64,000 nucleotides of DNA from a virus: IMG/VR virus record IMGVR_UViG_3300017779_000001. One strand, 5' to 3'. Below the pieces are notes generated by a model. That model was not told the origin of the DNA. It made no database searches and worked only from the letters and a program-made list of their open reading frames with translations. Shown piece by piece: positions 17,420 to 27,254 of this stretch; positions within the stretch are counted from its first letter, which is position 1, and every line of letters starts with the position of its first letter. The position numbers and the translations under genes are program-made.

Positions 17420-19761
17420 GTGTATGCAGCTCCTTGAGCTCTATCTATATCATTATCGTATTGTCTTGGATTTGCACTAGTAATCGTAGTACTATTATTG
17501 ATAACACTATTATCAGTTGTTACCATAGCTGGAGGTTGTATGTTCTTCAACATGTTCTCACCTAACACTTCAAAGTCGTAATACTTACCTAACTCTTCAA
17601 GTGTAACTCTTTCACCTGTCTCTGATTGCATGTCTTCTAATTGTTTCTGTGCAGCTGTTTGTGCATCTCTGAGTTCTTGGTCTAATTGTTTTCTATCTTC
17701 TTTTGATAAATCATCACCAATCAAATCATCTGCAGCCATTAACTGGTCTAAACGTAGAAGTGCATCATCTTGATTAAGTTTGTCAAAGTATATTTCTGAT
17801 GACCCCTGTAAGAGATTACCTACAGTATCAAAAAAACCTTGACCACCCTCGTAGGTGTTATCATCGATGATACTCTTTGCAGTGATTTTTTGCATACCGA
17901 GGAAGTTGGTTTCATCACCTTGTAACTCAGTTCTCTTTAGGTCTAATTCTTCTTTCTTTCTTTTTGCATAATCAGTATCACCTTCACCTTTGTCTTCATC
18001 TGTATTAGCAATGTTACTGTCACGTTTCTCTATTCCAAGGATACCCGCCCCTGCGACTACAAGACCTACTAGAGTTGCAATACCACCAGCACCACCAAGA
18101 AATCCTGTTACTGCAGTACGTAAACCTGTTAAGAGACCACCACCAGCTCTTACTGCAGTACCCTTAGGTGTAGTGGTTCCTTTTGGTTGTTTTGGTGGAA
18201 TATTTGAGGGTTTTTGACCACCAAAGTCACCCGACTTACCTATCTTTTTTTGAATAGCTTGACTACCAGCACCAAAACCAGCACCCTGTACAACTGAATC
18301 AAATAAACTACGTCCACCATCTTTAAGTGCATCTTGAAAACCACCCATAGGAGATTTAAAATCTTCTGATGATATAGGATTACCATCTTTATCAACTATA
18401 CTACCTGTTTTCTTTTGACCACCAAATAATTTATCTTTTTGGTCTTCATCCATATCAAGTTGGTCTTGTAGAACTGCAAGGATAGGAGGAAGATTCGAAA
18501 GGAAATCCATCATTGTCTGAGTTTGTTCATCGTCTACATTCTCAGACTTGAAATTTTGTTGTTGTTGCAGTTCTTGTTGTAAGTTTTCTTGTTGCACTGG
18601 AGTATCGAAACTCCTAGAAAAAGTATTTCTTAACACTTCAACACTTTCTACAGTATTACTTGATATTGCATCAACAGCTTTCTGAGCATCACCATAAGAA
18701 TCTATGAAGTCATCTGTAATACCAAAAGTTTGTAACAATGTTTTCTTTGATTCATCTGAGAGGTCTTTAAATTGTTTTTTTTCATCATTTAATTCTTCTC
18801 CAGCTTTGTCATTTAATCCTTCTAGAATACCCTTAGGGTTTTCTGCAAACTCACCCCCATCCATTAATCTAAAACCACCAAAGTTCGGATTCAATGCATC
18901 TTCTACTAATTGTCCATCAGGATTCAAATCTACAGACCTTAGTTCATATGCAAGTCTACTTGAGTTTTCTAAAAAGTCTTTCAAGGTGTCCTCAAAACCT
19001 GAGGTTTCAAGCATCTCTGCCATATCTTCTGTGATACCAAGAGACTCTTTTAAATTTGCATATGCCTCATCTTTAATTGCTTTTCTCTGTTGTTTATCTT
19101 GAGAAAGATTACCCTCATCATCAAAAGAGAGTGCTTTACCTTCTGCAAAATTCTTAATTGCACCACCCAAGTCCTTCGTTAAGATTGCATCAAGTTCTTC
19201 ACTAGTAGCACTAGTGACTATCGATAAATCTTCTTTTATTTTTTCAACATTGATGGGTTGTTCTTTCTGTATCCTTGATGCAACTTCAGACTTTCTTTCT
19301 TTCTCACCAAGTCTATTTTGTTTATCAATAGACTTTTTTAATTGTTCAGTTACACTAAGTTCTTGTTTAGCTATGTCAACTGCTTTAAATTCTGCAAAAG
19401 CTCCAGTTCCTTCTGCAATACCTTGAAATTTTAATAATTTACCAAACCCTTTGAAGATGTTACCAAGGTCACCTACTTTATCTTTGAGGTCACTAAACTT
19501 ACCACCAATGTCAACACCAGTAAGACCCTTGAGACCTTTGTTAATCATTTCACCACCTTCTTTGAAGTTAGAAGACCCTTGGTTTGATATCTTTGCAAAC
19601 TCATCTTTAGTTTTCTTTTGGGTGTCTATACTCTCATCATGTTGTTCTTTTTGACGTTCTTCCATATCCTCGAGTTTTTTATCGAGTTCAGGTGTCATTA
19701 TCTGAACATTAACAGTGTTGTTACTGATTACTTTTTTGATTAGGTCTTCTGCTGATGGCAT
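17416..19761 (-). CDS. Probable tape-measure / gp29-like baseplate hub protein
   Basis: 781 aa, helical, Gly-rich hydrophobic segment, C-terminal ...DNSVINNSTT motif; lies downstream of gp26/gp51. Confidence 0.55.
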   Translation of the reverse strand: MPSAEDLIKKVISNNTVNVQIMTPELDKKLEDMEERQKEQHDESIDTQKKTKDEFAKISNQGSSNFKEGGEMINKGLKGLTGVDIGGKFSDLKDKVGDLGNIFKGFGKLLKFQGIAEGTGAFAEFKAVDIAKQELSVTEQLKKSIDKQNRLGEKERKSEVASRIQKEQPINVEKIKEDLSIVTSATSEELDAILTKDLGGAIKNFAEGKALSFDDEGNLSQDKQQRKAIKDEAYANLKESLGITEDMAEMLETSGFEDTLKDFLENSSRLAYELRSVDLNPDGQLVEDALNPNFGGFRLMDGGEFAENPKGILEGLNDKAGEELNDEKKQFKDLSDESKKTLLQTFGITDDFIDSYGDAQKAVDAISSNTVESVEVLRNTFSRSFDTPVQQENLQQELQQQQNFKSENVDDEQTQTMMDFLSNLPPILAVLQDQLDMDEDQKDKLFGGQKKTGSIVDKDGNPISSEDFKSPMGGFQDALKDGGRSLFDSVVQGAGFGAGSQAIQKKIGKSGDFGGQKPSNIPPKQPKGTTTPKGTAVRAGGGLLTGLRTAVTGFLGGAGGIATLVGLVVAGAGILGIEKRDSNIANTDEDKGEGDTDYAKRKKEELDLKRTELQGDETNFLGMQKITAKSIIDDNTYEGGQGFFDTVGNLLQGSSEIYFDKLNQDDALLRLDQLMAADDLIGDDLSKEDRKQLDQELRDAQTAAQKQLEDMQSETGERVTLEELGKYYDFEVLGENMLKNIQPPAMVTTDNSVINNSTTITSANPRQYDNDIDRAQGAAYT

Positions 19762-19764
19762 GAT

Positions 19765-20154
19765 TTATTTCCCGAATGCTTTTCCTGCTTCTGATATTCC
19801 AAATGCACCCAATGTAATAACTACAAAGGAAGTGTAGATAGTGTCAGAGATGAGTAAGTCCATACCCCAAAATGCAGTGATTAGGTCACATAATCCAAAC
19901 ACTACCATGATTCCAAATGATGTAAAACCAATGATAGATTTCTCATTGATATCATTCTCATCACGGAACAATGCACCAAATGAAAATCTCTCGACTGGTT
20001 TTGCAGCTGCAGTTGCAATCTTGAGTTCCTTGGACATCTTTTCCATTTCTCTAATTTTGTCTTGTGCTTCATCCACCTTTAATACAAGTTCAGTATACTT
20101 CTCAAGGTTTACCTTGACTTCTCCACTTCCTTGTTTGACTGTATCGTCTGCCAT
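19765..20154 (-). CDS. Membrane protein (coiled coil plus 2 TM helices)
   Basis: SIIGFTSFGIMVVFGL and IYTSFVVITLGAFGI hydrophobic segments. Confidence 0.65.
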   Translation of the reverse strand: MADDTVKQGSGEVKVNLEKYTELVLKVDEAQDKIREMEKMSKELKIATAAAKPVERFSFGALFRDENDINEKSIIGFTSFGIMVVFGLCDLITAFWGMDLLISDTIYTSFVVITLGAFGISEAGKAFGK

Positions 20155-20156
20155 TT

Positions 20157-20345
20157 TTATCTCCTGTTTTGTCTTTGCTTCATCTTTTCGTTTTCGTCTT
20201 TAAGATGTTGTACTAAGAGACTCGTATAGATATCTCTTTCCCATGGTAACATATTTTCCAATTCTGATAATGAATACTTATGATGTTGCATTAATTGAAA
20301 GTTTGTTTGATAGTATGTGTTTATACTGTCATGAGAAAGAGCCAC
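20157..20345 (-). CDS. gp51: Baseplate hub assembly protein (gp51-type)
   Basis: YYQTNFQLMQHHKYSLSELENMLPWERDIY motif. Confidence 0.8.
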   Translation of the reverse strand: MALSHDSINTYYQTNFQLMQHHKYSLSELENMLPWERDIYTSLLVQHLKDENEKMKQRQNRR

Positions 20346-21055
20346 TAAAAAAAATTAGATAGACCCTTCAATTCTCTTTCACCTTTTGTCTTACACGTAG
20401 AACACTCATATTCTACTTTGTGTGAAACGAAAGGCATACCCATAAAGAATGATTGTATATCATTTGAGTTCTCTATGGTTAAACTCTCATAAAATGTTTT
20501 CATTTCATCTTCTTCTACATCAGATAAATCGTATACATTGTCTTCATCATAGATTGTGTCACCACATAATCTAATCATTTGAAATACCTGTTCTTGTGTA
20601 TCAGGTATTCCACTTACTTTTTGTAGTACTTCAATGTTAGGATACGTAAATGTAATTCCAACACCTTCACTTACTTTGATATCATTCGACTTTTCGTTTT
20701 CTCTACTAACAACAATTTCACTTAAGTCTATGTTAACGTCAGCAGAACCATTTTCACATTCCTCATTTTGACAGTAGAACCTCAGTTGAATAGTTTCACC
20801 AACTGATTTTGCTCTTACTTGAATAAACAAATATTCAATATCAAAACTTGGTAGTCTTCTAATATCAAGTTTTGTATAGACAACCGATTCCAAGAGTTGT
20901 CTTACAGTTTCCAAGATTGCAATCTCGGTCTCTCCTTCTTTCATCATTAAAAGAAGTTTCTGTTCTTTGACCAAGAAAGGTCGAAACTCTACTGTTTCTC
21001 CTGTACTTGGTAGTTCACATTGATACCTTGGTGTATCTAAAACGGGTAATCCCAT
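20345..21055 (-). CDS. gp26: Baseplate hub subunit gp26
   Basis: LPSTG..V.FRPFLVKEQKLLL, FDIEYLF...RAKSVGE, GL.NFF end. Confidence 0.9.
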   Translation of the reverse strand: MGLPVLDTPRYQCELPSTGETVEFRPFLVKEQKLLLMMKEGETEIAILETVRQLLESVVYTKLDIRRLPSFDIEYLFIQVRAKSVGETIQLRFYCQNEECENGSADVNIDLSEIVVSRENEKSNDIKVSEGVGITFTYPNIEVLQKVSGIPDTQEQVFQMIRLCGDTIYDEDNVYDLSDVEEDEMKTFYESLTIENSNDIQSFFMGMPFVSHKVEYECSTCKTKGERELKGLSNFF

Positions 21056-21080
21056 AATATAGTTCTCCTATTATATAATA

Positions 21081-21899
21081 TTAATCACCACCCAACAGGT
21101 TATTAATCCTGTCGATTGTTGATGTTCCACGGTTAACTTGTCCTTCGATTCTGTTAACTCTTCCAAGAATGTCTGCAGCTCTATCACTAAACGATGATGC
21201 ACCACTCAACAATTCTTTAAATCTGTCTAATGCAGAAGGTTCTGTTAATCTTCTTGCATTAATAATATCGTCTCTTGTTCTTTGTTTTGACACCATCTCG
21301 TTGTATATTTCTTCATACTTACTATCTCTTACTGTAATATTCATTGGTGTCTTTTTCTGATAAGTGAATGAGAAATCTACAGTTACTAGTAGAGGTGTAT
21401 CGACATTAGTTTGGTCTAATGCAACTGTTTGTATAGATACTGGGAAACACTCTTCTAACTCAGTCTTGTAAGTTATTTGTCCATTTCTAGTAAAAGTCAT
21501 TACTTCTATCTTACCGATGTAATCTTTTTTAAAATTAAAGATTGGTGCCTTTTCCGTGTCTCCTGTAAGAGGACTGTAAACTAGTTCTTGCCATAATTGT
21601 ATAAGTGATATATCTTCCCATGAATTATCTACCATGAAAGATAGTGTGGTTTGACCACCATTGTTATCTACACCACTAGGATATTTTCTTAACACTCCAT
21701 ATGTTGAGTGTTCAGATGTGGTAATCGTTGTTGCTGGTATCTCTGCAGTTACACACCGAATACCTTCGATACCGAATGAAGTTTCTAATCCATTTATTTT
21801 AGGGCCAAATAAGTTAACCACAAACAGATTAGGTTTTGCAACACCATACTGCATTGCAGATTTAATCTTGTTAGGGCCTCCCATTTCTACTTTTGCCAT
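21081..21899 (-). CDS. Tail tube initiator gp54 / gp19-like protein
   Basis: AKPNLF.V, C..AEIP, WQE, DY.G.I, L.ECFP.S, V.FSF tube-fold motifs. Confidence 0.7.
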   Translation of the reverse strand: MAKVEMGGPNKIKSAMQYGVAKPNLFVVNLFGPKINGLETSFGIEGIRCVTAEIPATTITTSEHSTYGVLRKYPSGVDNNGGQTTLSFMVDNSWEDISLIQLWQELVYSPLTGDTEKAPIFNFKKDYIGKIEVMTFTRNGQITYKTELEECFPVSIQTVALDQTNVDTPLLVTVDFSFTYQKKTPMNITVRDSKYEEIYNEMVSKQRTRDDIINARRLTEPSALDRFKELLSGASSFSDRAADILGRVNRIEGQVNRGTSTIDRINNLLGGD

Positions 21900-22489
21900 T
21901 ACATTGCCTCTATTGTTTTTCTACTATCTGAATAAACAGTGTTTGCATTTACTGTAAACATCTGTGATGGTAACATGGTAATAAGTTCCCACTTATCCAC
22001 GGGTACCTCTACTATCTTACTTTGCACTTGACTGTACAAGTATTGTTTAAAACAGGGTTTGAAGAATCTTAGTCGTCTTATACCCTCTAACAAATCGTAT
22101 TTTAATCTAAACTTAGTGTTCTCGTCCATATTTCTATCAGACATAAACTCATCTATTCTGTTTATAAACTCTACTCTCATTCTTGGTGGAAGATAGTGTA
22201 GATTCAATCCTGTAAAGTGAGTAGGTTTTCTATCTAAAGTTATAATTAATGGAAATCTATCGTAGTAGGGAAGTTTTTCTTTATGTTTTGCATCGTAGAA
22301 AAACATATGAATCTTTCCTTCTTCCATGTTTGCAACTTTTCTACCTTCAGTAAGTAAGTTTTTTCTACCTGTCTCAGTCAAACGAATTTGTCTAAGATTA
22401 TCCTTGAACCATTCTATACTTTCTCTAGTATGTTCTTCAATCTCTACAGGTTTAAGTGCTAAATATCTTGCTACTAAGTTTATTGCCAT
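21899..22489 (-). CDS. gp2: DNA end protector gp2
   Basis: FFYDAKHKEKLPYYDRFPL, GLNLHYLPP..R, PCFKQYL motifs. Confidence 0.92.
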   Translation of the reverse strand: MAINLVARYLALKPVEIEEHTRESIEWFKDNLRQIRLTETGRKNLLTEGRKVANMEEGKIHMFFYDAKHKEKLPYYDRFPLIITLDRKPTHFTGLNLHYLPPRMRVEFINRIDEFMSDRNMDENTKFRLKYDLLEGIRRLRFFKPCFKQYLYSQVQSKIVEVPVDKWELITMLPSQMFTVNANTVYSDSRKTIEAM

Positions 22490-22494
22490 AATAC

Positions 22495-22502
22495 TATTTA
22501 TG
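22495..22502 (-). promoter_or_regulatory. Late promoter (CATAAATA) for gp2, leaderless spacing
   Basis: Minus strand reads CATAAATA-GTATT-ATG(22489). Confidence 0.6.
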
Positions 22503-22935
22503 ACTTTACTAACTCATCTTCTGTAAGAATTCTAAAATTAAATTTCCTGTCTTTACACCACTCTTCTGCAGCTTTAAATTTTGCTTGGTTCACTGCATAG
22601 GTTTTGATTTCTGTAAGATATCGTTTAGTTCTACGTTTAGGTTTTTTGGGGGGTGATAGTTGACCTTTAGGTTTGACTTCTATAATCTCACGTATGATTT
22701 GACCTTTTGCATTTTGATATTTGATGTAGAAGTCAGGAAAGTATCTGTGGACTCTCTTATCTACAGGCGAACGGTATGGTATGATAACCTCTTCAGAGTT
22801 CCATTCTATAATTTTATCATTGTTATCCAAGTAGACCATGAATCGTCTTTCCCATAAAGAACGATAGATTATCTTCGTTGGGTCACCTTTATATTTTTTA
22901 TAGTTCTTTGGTTTGAACCTTCCACTGTATGACAT
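22498..22935 (-). CDS. gp4: Head completion nuclease gp4 (true start 22935, MSYSGRF)
   Basis: YKGDPT.IIYRSLWE, W.SEE..IPY.SP.D...HRYFPDF, EVKP, NQAK..AA. Confidence 0.93.
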   Translation of the reverse strand: MSYSGRFKPKNYKKYKGDPTKIIYRSLWERRFMVYLDNNDKIIEWNSEEVIIPYRSPVDKRVHRYFPDFYIKYQNAKGQIIREIIEVKPKGQLSPPKKPKRRTKRYLTEIKTYAVNQAKFKAAEEWCKDRKFNFRILTEDELVKS

Positions 22936-22963
22936 AAATAGATGTATAGTTAAGGTATTTATA
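22933..22963. promoter_or_regulatory. Face-to-face late promoters for divergent gp4 and gp48
   Basis: CATAAATA on + (22933-22940) and TATAAATA on - (22963-22956). Confidence 0.65.
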
Positions 22964-22964
22964 T

Positions 22965-24044
22965 ATGGCAAACGTAATAGACAAAATAATCAAGAAAGTC
23001 AATCAGGCAGAAGACATCATTGATACTATCAAAGGTATAGGTTCTTTATTTGAGGATAAAGACTTATCTAGAGACCCAGCTGCACAAACAGAAAATCGGG
23101 GTGAGGTAAATATTGATGCAATCCAACTGCAAGCTGCAAATACAACCAAGAAATTGGATGCAAGAAGGAAGAAAGTAGCTGCTGAAGCCTCTGCAAAGTA
23201 TGGGCCTATCATGGCACGTGTTAAAAACCCACCAAAGGGTAGAACATTATTTTTAACATACCCTTTAGAGAATTCATTTGAGACACCATCCTTCTTGAGG
23301 TTCAATTCTAATCATAAGAGTAGGGGTACATTAGCAGGAGATGCTACATCTGAAGTACAAGATTTAGATTATCCAACAATGGACAATTTTGATATTGATA
23401 TTGCATTGTATTTACCCGATAACTTTCAAAACTCTCAGACGGTTTCTTACAAACAGGAAAAGTTAAGTGGATTAGCTGCAAAATATGCTGATGGAAATAC
23501 AGACATGTTTTATGGTATGTATAAAAGTTTATTAGAATCTACTGATTTGGGTAAAGTGCAAAACAAAAAACTAGGGATTGCACTCAATCCATTAGAGGAA
23601 AAACTTTTTGATACTGTACAATTTAGAAACCACACATTTGATTTTGAATTCTATCCCGAATCAGAATCTGAGGCAAGAGAAGTAAACAGAATTATATACT
23701 GGTTTAAGATGGGTATGTTACCTAACTTTGGTACTGCACCAAGGTCTTCAGTCTTTAACACTCCAAACACTTGGGATATAACAGTTAATGGTATGTCTGA
23801 AAAAGTATTAGAAGGATTTGAAGAATCTGTACTTACTGGAGTGACAGTAAACTATGGTGGTGGGCAAAAGTTTGCAATATTCAATCAAGGCACACCAGTC
23901 AAAACCACACTTAACTTACAATTTTCAGAAACAAAGATTATCACTCAGGGTAATTATCATAAGAAAGTTGCATCACCAAGTATGAGAGCTCTTGCAGAAT
24001 CTGATACAAAACCAGTTAGAGATAGTAACAACGGAGCAGGATAA
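22965..24044 (+). CDS. gp48: Baseplate tail tube cap gp48
   Basis: IALYLP, NP..E.LF....FR..F.F.FYP.SE.EA..V..I, V.Y, P....L.L.F.E. Confidence 0.85.
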   Translation: MANVIDKIIKKVNQAEDIIDTIKGIGSLFEDKDLSRDPAAQTENRGEVNIDAIQLQAANTTKKLDARRKKVAAEASAKYGPIMARVKNPPKGRTLFLTYPLENSFETPSFLRFNSNHKSRGTLAGDATSEVQDLDYPTMDNFDIDIALYLPDNFQNSQTVSYKQEKLSGLAAKYADGNTDMFYGMYKSLLESTDLGKVQNKKLGIALNPLEEKLFDTVQFRNHTFDFEFYPESESEAREVNRIIYWFKMGMLPNFGTAPRSSVFNTPNTWDITVNGMSEKVLEGFEESVLTGVTVNYGGGQKFAIFNQGTPVKTTLNLQFSETKIITQGNYHKKVASPSMRALAESDTKPVRDSNNGAG

Positions 24045-24772
24045 TGAGTAATTATTTCGATAACTTCCCCGAATTAGTTTACACTTTTGATTCAGGTGTA
24101 ACAGTGTATGTTAAAGATATATTTAAGAAAGTAGGTATATCTCAGAAAAATTTCAACAACGTTATCTCATACGAAAAATACAATATCAAAGAAGGTGAAA
24201 GACCCGATGTAGTTGCATCTAAGTTATATAAAAATTCAGACCTATATTGGACGTTTTACCTTGTCAACGACTTTGATAACTTTGATGATTGGTTTAAAGA
24301 CACACAAGAGTTTGAAAAACATTTAGATAAAGTATATAAAGGTAAATGGTTGGTTGCATCATCTTCTTCAGATGTTGTATCATATAATTTTACAAGTAAT
24401 CCACCTAAATCAGAAAAGTTTGTATTGGGTGAAAAGGTTACAGTTGGGTCAAAGAGTGGAACTGTTCTTAAAGTAGACCCTACATATAATAGAATCTTAG
24501 TAGATACTGATTCAAAATTCAATGCATCTGAAACAATAACAGGTGCAGTCAGTTCCAAATCTTTCACCATGTCTAGTGTACAAGATGCAAGAGACGGTGT
24601 GTGTTATTATGAAAATGATAATGGTTTAAGAACCAATGTTCCTACATCAGGTTATACATCTGTAACTTTTTATGAGAAAGAGTTAAATGAAAACGAGGAA
24701 AAAAGGTCTATCAAAGTTATCAACCCATCTCTAATGGGTAGAGTGATTGATGAGTTTGAAAGACTAATCTAA
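24044..24772 (+). CDS. gp53: Baseplate wedge subunit gp53
   Basis: YF..FP...Y, Y.I.EGERPD.VA..LY....LYW, E...NEEKR.IK.I. Confidence 0.88.
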   Translation: MSNYFDNFPELVYTFDSGVTVYVKDIFKKVGISQKNFNNVISYEKYNIKEGERPDVVASKLYKNSDLYWTFYLVNDFDNFDDWFKDTQEFEKHLDKVYKGKWLVASSSSDVVSYNFTSNPPKSEKFVLGEKVTVGSKSGTVLKVDPTYNRILVDTDSKFNASETITGAVSSKSFTMSSVQDARDGVCYYENDNGLRTNVPTSGYTSVTFYEKELNENEEKRSIKVINPSLMGRVIDEFERLI

Positions 24773-24774
24773 TA

Positions 24775-26238
24775 ATGTCAGGTAATCAAAATATACAACC
24801 CAAAACTATTTCTATAGGTGGGGTAATTTTAGTAAATCAGTTTGGGGACTCGGTTGATTTATCAGAAGTGTTTACAACACTGTATCTTCAAGAAAGTATC
24901 CATTCCAAGTTTGTATCGGGACAGATACAAATTATGGATTCACTAAACTTACTCAGAAGTTTTAGAATGACAGGTCAGGAATACATCACTTTAGAAATTG
25001 CACAATTTGAAGGTAATGAAGAAGTATCGAAAGATAGTAAGATTACAAAAAACTTTAGAGTGTTCAAAGCTGTCAAAGAACAAAGAGTTGACCTTGCAAG
25101 TACAAGTTATACATTACACATATGTGACCCTATGTTGATGAGAGGATTGAAGAAACGAGTATCCAAAGTGTATAGAGGTTCCATGACAAGTATTCTTGCA
25201 AATCTTATGGTGGATGAATTAGATGCAAAACAAGATGAGTTAGATTTGTTTGTTGATTCAGAACCAAAGAATGTTCAGTTTATTAGTCCTAATTGGAATG
25301 TCAATAGTGTATTAGAGTTTTGTAAAGATAATGCAGATATCTCAGACAAACGAGTTGCATATAAAAATTCATTCTTTTTATTCTCTACACTCACGGGTGG
25401 GATAAGATTCATGCCCTTACATGAAATGATAAAGTTGAATGCACCTGTCAAATTTACATACAGAGATAGGTCTTCGATTGATAGTAGAGAGTTATCTAGA
25501 GAAGAACAACAGGTAGGTTTAAATACTCAAATAATCAAGTATCACCGACCCTCACATTTCAATACTTTAAGAGGGTTACAAAATGGTGGTTTTGCATCAA
25601 CACTAAAAACATTAAATCCTGTATCTAAGATTGTAAAGAGTAGTGTATTTGATATCGATAAACACTTTAGTGAAACAAGAAGAGACCACGTATCGGGTTA
25701 TCACATGATTAAGTCAGGGCCTGAGAAAATATTAAAAGGTAAAATGTTACAAGACCAAGATGTGTCACCCGAAGTTGTTTCACTTGGAGAAGAAGATGGT
25801 CTGAATGAATCACACAATTCAGTAGTTAAGTATGATTACTTAATGCCTCATGCATATGACAATAGAAAAAAGGTAGATGATAAGGAAGTGTTCGTATCAT
25901 TTAATGCAGACAACAATGAAAATAATTGTTTACAAAGACGAGCAATGTTGGAACAACTACAACAAAACACTGTTATAGTAGAAGTATCTGCAAGGTCAGA
26001 TATATCTGTGGGTACAGTTGTAGAATTAGACATTCCAGCAGCTGAGGTTGCACATGACGATGGTATGATGCCTAGAGATGAAAAAACAGATGATAGATAT
26101 TTGATTACTGATATGACACTAGAGATAGGAAACAAAGATTTTAGTAAGTTAATATTAGAGTGTGTGAAGGAATCATTTGCAAAACCTATAGAACAGGTGA
26201 AAGTAGATGATACACCAACGAGAGGTAGGAGAGCATGA
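24775..26238 (+). CDS. Baseplate hub protein (gp27-like)
   Basis: Position between gp53 and gp5; ESI....SG.I.I.DS, G.E.I, VG..V.L..P motifs. Confidence 0.65.
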   Translation: MSGNQNIQPKTISIGGVILVNQFGDSVDLSEVFTTLYLQESIHSKFVSGQIQIMDSLNLLRSFRMTGQEYITLEIAQFEGNEEVSKDSKITKNFRVFKAVKEQRVDLASTSYTLHICDPMLMRGLKKRVSKVYRGSMTSILANLMVDELDAKQDELDLFVDSEPKNVQFISPNWNVNSVLEFCKDNADISDKRVAYKNSFFLFSTLTGGIRFMPLHEMIKLNAPVKFTYRDRSSIDSRELSREEQQVGLNTQIIKYHRPSHFNTLRGLQNGGFASTLKTLNPVSKIVKSSVFDIDKHFSETRRDHVSGYHMIKSGPEKILKGKMLQDQDVSPEVVSLGEEDGLNESHNSVVKYDYLMPHAYDNRKKVDDKEVFVSFNADNNENNCLQRRAMLEQLQQNTVIVEVSARSDISVGTVVELDIPAAEVAHDDGMMPRDEKTDDRYLITDMTLEIGNKDFSKLILECVKESFAKPIEQVKVDDTPTRGRRA

Positions 26239-27254
26239 TAAATTTTTATGGAGTAGTTGAAGATAGACATGACCCTCTAAAGATAGGAAGGGTTCGTGTT
26301 CGTATTCATGGGTATCACACTCATGACAAACAAATGATATCAACACCCGACTTACCATGGTGTCAAGTAATTCTTCCAACTACATCTACAGGTCATTCAG
26401 GTTTTGGTACACAACATGGTTTGACTGAGGGTACAAACGTTGTAGGTTTCTTTAGAGATAAATCTATGCAAGACCCAGTCATAACAGGTGTGGTTGCTGG
26501 TATCTCACCCGAACATTCTAGAGAAGATGATAACCAAAAATACAGACCTAAAACATCTGAAGGATTCAATGACCCAAGACTTTTGTCGAAGGGAGAATAC
26601 AAAAATACACCCGATGGTGAGAATCCTAAACACTCATCACAAAGAGGATTTGGACTAGACGTATCAATCGAAGAGTCACCTAAGTTACCAAAGAAAGTTA
26701 AAATAGATTACGAAGGTGAGGGGTCAGAAGTAGACTATGATAAAGTAAGTAAATCTGATTTACCATATTATCCACTAGAAAGAGGTGAGAGTGATTTAGG
26801 TAAATACCATACAGGTGAAAAACCAAACTACAAAGATAGAGAGATACCTCTAGACAATTTTAAAGACAAAGATATTGGTGTAAAAAGAGAACCTAAGTAT
26901 CCTTACAATAAAACAACATTCACAGAATCAGGTCATTTACTAGAAGTAGATGATACACTTGAACATGAAAGAATTGCAGTTCAACACAGGTCAGGAACAT
27001 TCCATGAGATTCATCATGATGGTTCTGAGGTAACTAGGATTGTCAATGACAGATACACAGTTGTCTGTAAAGATGATGAGGTGTACATCGGTGGTAAAGT
27101 AAATGTCAAGATTTTAGGTGATGCAAAATTAGACGTGGGTGGTGATGCACAAATTGATGTGACAGGTGAAACAGATATCACATCTATCAAAGACTTAACA
27201 GTCACTGCACCCACTATCGGTCTTTACGCAAACGAAATTAAACTTAACTCATAA
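26235..27254 (+). CDS. gp5: Baseplate central spike gp5 (OB fold plus beta helix, no lysozyme domain)
   Basis: FYGVVEDR.DPLK.GRVRVR, LPW, V.GFF.D...Q.P, YPYN....ESGH..E.DDT...ER...H.SGTF.EI. Confidence 0.92.
   Translation: MINFYGVVEDRHDPLKIGRVRVRIHGYHTHDKQMISTPDLPWCQVILPTTSTGHSGFGTQHGLTEGTNVVGFFRDKSMQDPVITGVVAGISPEHSREDDNQKYRPKTSEGFNDPRLLSKGEYKNTPDGENPKHSSQRGFGLDVSIEESPKLPKKVKIDYEGEGSEVDYDKVSKSDLPYYPLERGESDLGKYHTGEKPNYKDREIPLDNFKDKDIGVKREPKYPYNKTTFTESGHLLEVDDTLEHERIAVQHRSGTFHEIHHDGSEVTRIVNDRYTVVCKDDEVYIGGKVNVKILGDAKLDVGGDAQIDVTGETDITSIKDLTVTAPTIGLYANEIKLNS

Noticed and set aside
22936-22971. Extended N-terminus of gp4 in the ORF track
   Set aside because: It overlaps the gp48 start and the late promoter; family similarity begins at MSYSGRF (22935).
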